Shown here in pieces: positions 8,014-14,390 of a stretch of 14,390 nt of DNA. The notes beneath the pieces are model-generated. The model had not been told where the DNA came from. It worked only from the letters and a program-made list of their open reading frames with translations, and searched no databases. How positions within the stretch are numbered: position 1 is the stretch's first letter; each line of letters opens with the position of its first letter. Both the position numbers and the translations under genes were made by a program. Source of the stretch: Candidatus Aenigmatarchaeota archaeon (GTDB lineage Archaea; Aenigmatarchaeota; Aenigmatarchaeia; QMZP01; QMZT01); NCBI GenBank assembly GCA_043808015.1, contig JAZDFI010000001.1:1-14390 (forward strand). Direction: 5' to 3'.

Positions 8014-8022
8014 CTTAAAAAA
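8014..8022 (-). promoter_or_regulatory. Putative TATA box for a leaderless amrS operon transcript; the T tract may also terminate the upstream gene
   Basis: Minus strand TTTTTTAAG 21-29 nt upstream of ATG 7993, no SD. A GCGCC/GGCGC inverted repeat (8031-8035, 8050-8054) precedes the T tract. Confidence 0.45.
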
Positions 8023-8053
8023 GAACAAATGCGCCGTAAAAATCAAATTGGCG

Positions 8054-8815
8054 CTAAAACGGCGCAGTGAAGCCGTCGATTCTTACCTTGCTTTTGTATT
8101 CCGCAGCCAGCGGTTTAAGCTCCTCCAGGAGACTGCCTGTGGAAAGCGCATTTTCGCGCGGGTCCCCTATCGCGACTACGTGTAATGGGGCGCTTTTCAT
8201 GAAAAGCTCTCCGAAGCCATGCCCTCCGAATGCGATTTTGGCGGCTATGCCGGCCTCTTTCTGCGCGTTCTTCCCGTCCATGTGCGCGCGGCTTATGACG
8301 AAGCCGTTCGGCACGCCGGACACCAACGGGTCGAATGCGTCCGCGCCCACGTAATAGATTATCCTCGCCGTGTGCAGCCCCGCCGGCCTTTTCATTTCCT
8401 CCATCGGTATGTGCCGGTAACTGACGCCGAGCTGTTTGGCGAGATGCCTTGAAAATTCTTTAGCGTATGCGTCGGCCTCTGAAAGCTTGAGACTGTGTTG
8501 CTTTGCGAAAAGACCAGCTGCGCCGCATTCGTCGTGGCTCGTTATGCATGCCAGCTTGTCGTCCATGCGCAGTTTTTGCATGAAATCGAATATGTTTTCG
8601 TTAAGTATCCCGGAGCCGGCGAAGCGTATGTGGCCGTGTGGCGTGCCCTCGTCGATACAGCTCACGACGCCGTTGTTTTCCGGGAACGCCGCGTATATGC
8701 CCGGCACATTAGAATTATAGAAACTGTCTGCCCCCCTTTCCCTTAGGTCGGTAAAAAGCATATTCTGCCTTGAGAATTCCATGCCCGGATCCGCGGTTGC
8801 GTAATGTTTGCTCAT
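8054..8815 (-). CDS. Uncharacterised beta-carbonic-anhydrase-like metalloprotein, paralogue 2 (CIDEG...SHDECGAA)
   Basis: C53-x-D...H94-x-x-C97 Cys2His pattern. SD GGAGG upstream. Aligns along its length with 8850-9632. The CDS is secure; the function is inferred. Confidence 0.7.
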   Translation of the reverse strand: MSKHYATADPGMEFSRQNMLFTDLRERGADSFYNSNVPGIYAAFPENNGVVSCIDEGTPHGHIRFAGSGILNENIFDFMQKLRMDDKLACITSHDECGAAGLFAKQHSLKLSEADAYAKEFSRHLAKQLGVSYRHIPMEEMKRPAGLHTARIIYYVGADAFDPLVSGVPNGFVISRAHMDGKNAQKEAGIAAKIAFGGHGFGELFMKSAPLHVVAIGDPRENALSTGSLLEELKPLAAEYKSKVRIDGFTAPF

Positions 8816-8849
8816 AACATCTCCTCCCAGTTATCCTTAAATTTTAACA

Positions 8850-9632
8850 TCACACCGGCGCCATGAAGCCGTCGACGATGACCTTGTTTCCAAATTCCTT
8901 TGCAACGTCATGTGCCTCGTCCATCAGCTTGTGCATCGAGAAGTCCTTGTTCTTCATCCCGACGACGAGGAAAAGGAACGGCGTTTTCTCTCTTATGAGG
9001 CGCCCGTATCCGTGGTCGCCCGTGGCGATTTTTGCCGCAATCGCTAGTTCATTCTTCGCGTCCGCAGCGTCATGCCAGCGGCGGCTTATGACGAAGCACG
9101 GCGGCAGGCCTGCGATTTTCAGCTTCCTCTCCGAGTTGTCGAAATTTCCGGAGCCGTCGTAGACTGCCATCCTTGCCACATGAAAATGCGGATGAGCGGG
9201 CAAGTGGCCGGCGTATGGAATGCCCGCCTTCTTGGCAAGCTCTTTCGCGTAGAACATGCCGTAATTGTCCGAGTTGCCGAAGAAGTTCTTCTTGCCTTCC
9301 TCGACGTTGGCGAATGCGAGCCCCGCGGCTCCGCACAGGTCGTGGCTGTATATGCCTTCCGCCCTGGCAGTCCTGAGCATGCGTATCGCCTTCGCCTCGT
9401 CCATGAGTATCAGCGGCCCGGCCGCGTGCAGCCCGCCGGGCGTCCGCTCGTCGATGCAGCGGAAGTGCCTGTCGTTGAGCTGGAAAAGCAGCTTTATGTC
9501 GGGAAGGCTTTCGAGGAACCCGCCGAGCTTCCCCTTCGAGTGAAGGTCGTAAAAGTTGCTGAACATCCTGTCCTGGCCCCTGAACTGCTCGATAACAGCC
9601 AGTGATTCCTGAGCTTCAGTGATTTCGGTCAT
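8850..9632 (-). CDS. Uncharacterised beta-carbonic-anhydrase-like metalloprotein, paralogue 1 (CIDER...SHDLCGAA)
   Basis: C59-x-D-x-R...H97-x-x-C100 matches the beta-CA CxDxR/HxxC signature. ATG 9632 has SD GAGGTG at 9644-9639. Confidence 0.72.
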   Translation of the reverse strand: MTEITEAQESLAVIEQFRGQDRMFSNFYDLHSKGKLGGFLESLPDIKLLFQLNDRHFRCIDERTPGGLHAAGPLILMDEAKAIRMLRTARAEGIYSHDLCGAAGLAFANVEEGKKNFFGNSDNYGMFYAKELAKKAGIPYAGHLPAHPHFHVARMAVYDGSGNFDNSERKLKIAGLPPCFVISRRWHDAADAKNELAIAAKIATGDHGYGRLIREKTPFLFLVVGMKNKDFSMHKLMDEAHDVAKEFGNKVIVDGFMAPV

Positions 9633-9681
9633 GCAATCCACCTCTTCCGGCCCGTTGTCGGAGAATTAACTATCCCTGCAA

Positions 9682-9699
9682 ATTATAAATTACTTTCGG
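9682..9699 (-). promoter_or_regulatory. BRE-TATA promoter for the CA-like gene pair
   Basis: Minus strand CCGAAAGTA-ATTTATAAT is a close match to the archaeal BRE plus TATA consensus, about 50 nt upstream of ATG 9632. Confidence 0.7.
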
Positions 9700-9715
9700 T
9701 CGCTTACCGGCGTGT

Positions 9716-10207
9716 TCAAGCTGGCTTCAGCTTTATCCTGTTGGTGAGGCCGTGCCTCTCCTTTAAAATCAGGCCCTTGCGCTCGAGGCTCGACAGCACT
9801 CTCGTCATCTTGACCTTGGACATGCCGGATTTCAGCACCAATGCGTTCTGGAGCATCTCGCCGTTCGCATCCACCAGATTCTGGAAGACATTCCTTTCAT
9901 CGTGTCGCAGCAGCGGGATGACCATGCCATACCTTTCTTTCATGCCGTTCTCTCTCCTGAAGGATTTGATGACGTCTTTCGTGTCCGAGTTGTAGAACAG
10001 GTAAATGGTCACCGAGCCTATCAGGAAAGAGCTTGCAATCAATAGCAGCGCGTCCGTCAGCGAGAAGTAGTCGGATGTTAGCGTATTAACTTCCTGCCCA
10101 GTTTCGAGTATGATGGTGATCGGCTGTGACGCAAAGAGTTTACTGAACAGGAGCAAAACCGAGACGATAAGTATGACAATCGAGAGGATTACCTTGAACC
10201 GGTTCAT
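9716..10207 (-). CDS. Membrane-anchored winged helix-turn-helix transcriptional regulator (COG2512-like)
   Basis: Two hydrophobic segments (VILSIVILIVSVLLLF; ALLLIASSFLIGSVTIYLFY), then LRHDERNVF..L..ANGEMLQNALVLKSGMSKVKMTRVLSSLERKGLILKERHGLTNRIKL, a MarR-like wHTH. Start 10207 chosen because a TATA box lies inside the longer ORF's first codons. Confidence 0.88.
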   Translation of the reverse strand: MNRFKVILSIVILIVSVLLLFSKLFASQPITIILETGQEVNTLTSDYFSLTDALLLIASSFLIGSVTIYLFYNSDTKDVIKSFRRENGMKERYGMVIPLLRHDERNVFQNLVDANGEMLQNALVLKSGMSKVKMTRVLSSLERKGLILKERHGLTNRIKLKPA

Positions 10208-10229
10208 GCTGTATTTTTGCCAGGTTGTC

Positions 10230-10244
10230 TTATAAAGATTTTTC
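10230..10244 (-). promoter_or_regulatory. BRE-TATA promoter for the leaderless regulator mRNA
   Basis: Minus strand GAAAAATC-TTTATAA, with the TATA 23-29 nt upstream of ATG 10207. Confidence 0.72.
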
Positions 10245-10258
10245 ATGTTTACGGCCTG

Positions 10259-10310
10259 TGGTTTCAGTTAAATGAAACCAGTTTCAGCAAACCTAGATAA
10301 ATGGTTTCAG
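10259..10310. promoter_or_regulatory. Operator-like array of TGGTTTCA(G) half-sites in the divergent intergenic region
   Basis: Perfect inverted repeat TGGTTTCA-N6-TGAAACCA (10259-10280), overlapping TGAAAC-CA-GTTTCA (10273-10286), and a further TGGTTTCAG at 10302-10310. Confidence 0.75.
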
Positions 10311-10361
10311 CCATAGTCTTCTCATTCAATAATGATTAAGCTGCGCAGGGGGCGTGAGATT

Positions 10362-10823
10362 ATGAAAAGCAAAGCTCAAACCAAAGGCAAGGAAAGGGGC
10401 ATGGAAAGAATGAACATGTGGAAGGTGGTGGCAATCGTATTTCTAGCGCTTTTCGGCCTGGCCGTAACTGGCGGAGTGTTCAGAATATTCAGCGCCCACT
10501 CCGGGCCGCCCATGAACGTCCCTACCCAGGAGCAGATGGATTCCGCGAGAGCGATCGTGGCCCAGGAACTGCTGGCGAATGGGGACGACATGAGCAACTA
10601 TGAAGTCACGGTATCCTCTATGATAAGAAGGTTCGACAGGGCGCCGCCGATGTTTAACATGATGAAAGACTCTGATGATCAGAGATTCGATGAGAACATG
10701 TCATTGGGGAATACGATTCACGTTTCCCTGGAGTCGGATACGAAAACCCATTTTTACCTTGTGAGCTTAGACGCCGGGAAAATAATCATGCATTCTTACA
10801 CGGAGTGGATGGGAAATGGATAA
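10362..10823 (+). CDS. Hypothetical single-pass membrane protein, possibly with a PepSY-like extracellular domain
   Basis: TM VVAIVFLALFGLAVTGGVF, then a helix and strands ending HFYLVSLDAGKII. Overlaps the ATPase gene by 8 nt. Start uncertain (10332, 10362, 10401 or 10410); GGGGCGTGA precedes 10362. Confidence 0.7.
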   Translation: MKSKAQTKGKERGMERMNMWKVVAIVFLALFGLAVTGGVFRIFSAHSGPPMNVPTQEQMDSARAIVAQELLANGDDMSNYEVTVSSMIRRFDRAPPMFNMMKDSDDQRFDENMSLGNTIHVSLESDTKTHFYLVSLDAGKIIMHSYTEWMGNG

Positions 10824-11523
10824 GACTATTATAGAATTGAAAGACGTCTGGAAGATATACCAGATGGGGCAAGTCGAAGTTCCGGCCCTGCGCGGCGTTG
10901 ACCTCAAGATAAACAAGGGCGAGTTCGTCGCGATTGTCGGCCCAAGCGGCAGCGGCAAGTCGACTATGATGAACCTCGTCGGGTGCCTTGACCTGCCGAC
11001 CAAAGGCGGGATTTACCTGGACGGCCACAACATCGCCAACCTCGATGAGTCAAAGCTGGCCCAGATACGCGGACAGAAAATCGGATTCGTCTTCCAGCAG
11101 TTCAACCTGATTCCCAATTTAACAGCGCTAGAGAACGTGATGCTGCCGCTGGCGTTTCAGGGCATCGACGATTCAGCCGCGGAAGCGAAGGCGCTGAAAC
11201 TGCTTAACTTGGTAGGCCTTGGCGACAGGGTTCGCCACCTTCCGACGCAGCTGTCCGGCGGCCAGATGCAGAGGGTTTCGATAGCGCGCGCGTTAGCGAA
11301 CGACCCGGAAGTCATACTGGCGGACGAGCCGACAGGCAACCTCGACAGCACGACCGGGCGTTTCATCATGGATTTCCTCGGCAAGATACACAAGGGCGAC
11401 AGCAAGACGATAATCATGGTCACGCACGACCTCAACCTCTCGAAAGCGGCTGAGAAGGTCGTTCACATCAAAGACGGCAAGGTAGAGAAAATAGAAACCA
11501 TACGCAAGAGAGGAAGGGAATGA
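10816..11523 (+). CDS. ABC transporter ATP-binding protein, LolD/MacB-type
   Basis: Walker A GPSGSGKST, IGFVFQQFNL, signature LSGGQMQRV, Walker B ILADEPTGNLD, H-loop VTHD. Confidence 0.97.
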   Translation: MDKTIIELKDVWKIYQMGQVEVPALRGVDLKINKGEFVAIVGPSGSGKSTMMNLVGCLDLPTKGGIYLDGHNIANLDESKLAQIRGQKIGFVFQQFNLIPNLTALENVMLPLAFQGIDDSAAEAKALKLLNLVGLGDRVRHLPTQLSGGQMQRVSIARALANDPEVILADEPTGNLDSTTGRFIMDFLGKIHKGDSKTIIMVTHDLNLSKAAEKVVHIKDGKVEKIETIRKRGRE

Positions 11524-11560
11524 ATATGATTTCGGAAATATTTCAGGAGGAGGATTTAAT

Positions 11561-12895
11561 ATGAAAACTAAAAACATGAAGACGAAAACTCTGATGTTTT
11601 GTCTTTTAGCGGCAGTTTTATTCGTGGCGATGGCAGGCTTAACGGACGCGGCCGTCGGCAGCCCGAGCTCCGCGTATCTGAACGTATCGCTGGTCAGCCA
11701 GATTCCGGACCCCGCGAGGGCGGGAGAAATGGTCGAGCTGCGGTTCGTGATAGAAAATACCGGAGGCCAGTCGACCAACGACCTTAAGCTCGAACTGCAG
11801 CCGGCGTATCCGTTCGTCGAAGTCCCTGGCGAAGAATACGTCAAAAGCGTCAGCGCGCTGAGGGCGTATCAAACGGGAGCGGACGCAGTCCCGGTCAAAT
11901 ACAAGGTCAGGATCGACAAGGACGCCATCAAAGGCACGAACGAGATAAAGCTGAAGGTCAGCGAGACGGGCTCGGACGTTTCCATAATAAAGGAATACGA
12001 TATCGAAATCACGGGCTCTGATAACGCCCAGACCATATACCTGGACAAATCGCTGCTCACCCCGGGCGAGGAGACGCCGCTCAAGTTCACCATAACCAAC
12101 GCCGGCTCGTCCCCGCTGCAGAACCTCGTGTTCTCGTGGAGCGAAACGAACGGCTACATACTGCCCGTCTATTCGGACAACACCAAATACGTCAAGTACA
12201 TCGACGTAGGCGAATCGGCGGACCTTGACTACACGGTCGTCGCTGACGTGAACGCGGACCCGGGCCTTTACAGGCTCGACCTTACGCTTACGTACGAGAA
12301 CGACCAGGGCGCGTCCGAGCAGCTTACCATGAAGACGGGCATTTTCATCGGAGGCGAGACTGACTTTGACGTCACGTTCTCGGAAAGCACGTCAGGCACG
12401 ACGTCGCTTTCAGTAGCGAATACGGGAAACAACCCGGCGCTGTCAGTGACCGTGAGAATCCCGGCACAACAGAGCTATTCGGTGACGGGAAGCACGTCCT
12501 CGATAATAGGAAATCTTGACAAGGGCGATTACACCATCGTCTCCTTCCAGATAAGCTCGGCAGCCGCGTTAGGAAGAATGAACAGGACTATGAACCAGGC
12601 GCCAGCGCCGCAGGACAACAATCTCAAGGTGATGATAGACTACACGGACACGACCGGCAAGAGGCACACGCTCGAGAAAAGCGTGCCCATACAGTTCAGG
12701 TCTACCGATTCGACAGGCACTGCGACGTCGGGATACGGAAGCTTCAACTCGAGCAGGCAATCGAATTCAGTAGCGAACAACCTGCCGTACATAATCGTCG
12801 TCGTGGCGGTCGCTGGTGTCGTCTGCTACTGGAAGAGGAAATACCTGCTCAGCCGCATCGGAAAGCTGCGCAAGAAGAAAGAGAAAAAAGATTGA
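11561..12895 (+). CDS. COG1361 S-layer-domain family membrane-anchored protein
   Basis: Signal peptide, SQIPDPARAGEMVELRFVIENTG, three repeated N-x-G Ig-like modules, C-terminal TM (IIVVVAVAGVVCYW) with a basic tail. SD GGAGG. Sits between ABC ATPase and permease, as is common for this family. Confidence 0.88.
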   Translation: MKTKNMKTKTLMFCLLAAVLFVAMAGLTDAAVGSPSSAYLNVSLVSQIPDPARAGEMVELRFVIENTGGQSTNDLKLELQPAYPFVEVPGEEYVKSVSALRAYQTGADAVPVKYKVRIDKDAIKGTNEIKLKVSETGSDVSIIKEYDIEITGSDNAQTIYLDKSLLTPGEETPLKFTITNAGSSPLQNLVFSWSETNGYILPVYSDNTKYVKYIDVGESADLDYTVVADVNADPGLYRLDLTLTYENDQGASEQLTMKTGIFIGGETDFDVTFSESTSGTTSLSVANTGNNPALSVTVRIPAQQSYSVTGSTSSIIGNLDKGDYTIVSFQISSAAALGRMNRTMNQAPAPQDNNLKVMIDYTDTTGKRHTLEKSVPIQFRSTDSTGTATSGYGSFNSSRQSNSVANNLPYIIVVVAVAGVVCYWKRKYLLSRIGKLRKKKEKKD

Positions 12896-12946
12896 GACAA
12901 GGCTGAGACAGCAGGACGGTAAGGATTAGGAAAAGGTTAGGAAATC

Positions 12947-14200
12947 ATGAAACCCTCGAAATCATTCAAGCTGGCGCTTAACATACTGCGCCACAGCAAG
13001 GTGAGAAGCTGGCTGACTATCATAGGCATAGTCATCGGCGTCGCATCGGTTGTGGCTATAATGTCGATTGGCGAGGGCATGCAGCTGTCGCTGGAAAGCA
13101 GCCTCGGAGGCCTCGGAGCAGACATCATCACAATCAGCCCCGGCGCTTCGAGAACCACGGGAGGCTTCAGGGCTTTCGGCGGCGACCAGCCCACCGCCGC
13201 TTCATCGTCGACTGCGAAGAACCTGACCATCAGGGACATACAGACGCTCAAGTCCGTGAGCAACGTCGCTATCGTGACGGGCACGGTCTCGGGAAGGGGG
13301 GAAGTATATTACCTGGCTGAGAAGACGACAATCTCGGTCACGGGCGTCGACCCGGTAGCCTGGAACGAGATAACCACTTCGACTCTCTCGTCCGGCCGTT
13401 TCCTGGGCGCCAGCGACTATAGCGCGGTCCTTGTGGGGAACCGCTTGGCCACAAGATCATTCAAGCAGCCGCTGTCCGTGAACAGGGTCATAACCGTCGA
13501 GGGCATAAGCTTCAAGATTGCCGGCATACTTAACGAAAGCGGCGGCATGATGGGCGGAGGCAGCGACAACGGCATAATCATGCCCATCGAGGCCGCGAGG
13601 GCCGTGCTTGACGACGTGGGAACTGACGAATTCGATTCCATCATCGTGAAGGTGGCGGATGCGAATCTCGTGGAGCAGACCATGTCCGACATCGACGCGA
13701 AGCTCATGCTCTCCCGCCATGTGACCAACAGGACCAAGGACTACAGCGTTTCCTCGTCAGTCGCCATGCAGGCGACCATAGCCTCGACTCTCGAGTCCGT
13801 AACGCTGTTCCTGGGCGCGATAGCGGCGGTATCGCTGCTCGTCGGAGCCGTCGGGATAGCGAATACGATGTTCACGACCGTTCTCGAGCGCACGAAGCAG
13901 ATAGGCATAATGAAGGCAATCGGAGCCAAGAACAGGGACATAATGATGATATTCATGATGAACTCGGCGCTGGTCGGGCTCGTCGGCGGCATAATAGGTC
14001 TCGTCATAGGCTCGGTGGCGTCGCTGTTCGTCGCGATTCCCATGATGGGCGCAAGAGGGATGGGCGCGGGCAACGTCGTGACGCCGCAGCTGCTGGTATT
14101 CACCCTCAGCATAGCCGTAGGCATCGGCATCGTCGCTGGCCTCGTGCCGGCTTATCGGGCCTCGAAGCTCAGGCCCGTCGATGCGCTCAGGTACGAGTGA
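12947..14200 (+). CDS. ABC transporter permease, MacB/FtsX family
   Basis: RSWLTIIGIVIGVASVV (TM1), large extracytoplasmic domain, SLLVGAVGIANTMFTTVLERTKQIGIMKAIGA, and C-terminal PAYRASKLRPVDALRYE. Confidence 0.96.
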   Translation: MKPSKSFKLALNILRHSKVRSWLTIIGIVIGVASVVAIMSIGEGMQLSLESSLGGLGADIITISPGASRTTGGFRAFGGDQPTAASSSTAKNLTIRDIQTLKSVSNVAIVTGTVSGRGEVYYLAEKTTISVTGVDPVAWNEITTSTLSSGRFLGASDYSAVLVGNRLATRSFKQPLSVNRVITVEGISFKIAGILNESGGMMGGGSDNGIIMPIEAARAVLDDVGTDEFDSIIVKVADANLVEQTMSDIDAKLMLSRHVTNRTKDYSVSSSVAMQATIASTLESVTLFLGAIAAVSLLVGAVGIANTMFTTVLERTKQIGIMKAIGAKNRDIMMIFMMNSALVGLVGGIIGLVIGSVASLFVAIPMMGARGMGAGNVVTPQLLVFTLSIAVGIGIVAGLVPAYRASKLRPVDALRYE

Positions 14201-14300
14201 TGCATTCATTGCCCTTGCTCATCGCGCCGCCTGCAAATATAAAGCAGAAGGCTGCATAATATTCAATATTCTAAAGGGATTCTAGGGAGTTTGTGATAAC

Positions 14301-14390
14301 ATGGCAGGTTCAAAAGATTCAAAAAATCCAAAGGCTGCGAAGAAAGGCGAGAAGTCTAGTGATGCTCAAACCGTCAAGAAAGGCGACATA
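14301..14390 (+). CDS. 5' fragment of a CDS running off the window, possibly an FKBP/SlyD-type peptidyl-prolyl isomerase with an N-terminal extension
   Basis: Open frame MAGSKDSKNPKAAKKGEKSSDAQTVKKGDI with SD-like GGAG/GTGA and TATA-like AATATAAA (14236-14243) upstream. The product guess rests only on TVKKGD, which also occurs in KOW proteins. Confidence 0.5.
   Translation, partial: MAGSKDSKNPKAAKKGEKSSDAQTVKKGDI

Noticed and set aside
5718-10207. All six minus-strand genes as one operon or pathway
   Set aside because: Separate promoter-like elements at 9682-9699 and 8014-8022, plus a possible hairpin and T tract after 8054, suggest three transcription units. No functional link between the CA-like pair and amrS is supportable from sequence alone.
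10208-10246. Longer start (MKNLYKTTWQKYS) for the regulator
   Set aside because: These codons coincide with the BRE-TATA element, so ATG 10207 fits a leaderless transcript better.
10259-10310. TGAAAC/GTTTCA motifs resemble CRISPR repeat termini
   Set aside because: There is no 25-40 bp repeat with unique spacers and no cas gene. The position between divergent promoters fits an operator.
11529-11546. Palindromes ATTTCGGAAAT and GAAATATTTC upstream of the COG1361 gene, faintly like the operator
   Set aside because: Short, AT-rich, mismatched to TGGTTTCA and with no clear promoter; likely chance.
11561-11590. MKTKN/MKTKT 15-bp duplication at the COG1361 start
   Set aside because: A minor duplication in a signal peptide n-region that only makes the start codon ambiguous.
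12893-12944. Short direct repeats TGAGACA x2 and AAGG(A)TTAGGAA x2 between COG1361 and the permease
   Set aside because: Only two copies of 7-12 bp each with no spacer structure. Not CRISPR or an IS end; probably slippage around an SD-like sequence.

Overview
An archaeal chromosomal segment, shown by eL34/eL14 ribosomal proteins, BRE-TATA promoters, a COG1361 protein and oligo-T terminators. A DPANN-type host is plausible from gene style but is inference only. Gene order on +: scpB with a long basic tail, a geranylgeranyl-reductase-family flavoprotein, an 871-aa membrane-anchored beta-helix/Cys-rich surface glycoprotein, and a stand-alone rpl34e-rpl14e pair (eL14 has a His/Lys-rich tail). A - strand block follows, listed in transcription order: a membrane-anchored winged-helix regulator, two tandem paralogues with a beta-carbonic-anhydrase-like C-x-D-x-(R/G)...H-x-x-C motif, and an operon of AmrS-type radical SAM enzyme, class I methyltransferase and conserved hypothetical protein. 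Divergent from the regulator, across an operator-like array of TGGTTTCA repeats, is a + operon: small membrane protein, ABC ATPase, COG1361 protein, MacB/FtsX permease. A further CDS begins at the right edge. I saw no tRNA, rRNA, CRISPR array or mobile element. The best candidates for undescribed biology are the CA-like paralogue pair, the radical SAM-methyltransferase operon without AmrA/AmrB, and the membrane regulator/operator/ABC module.
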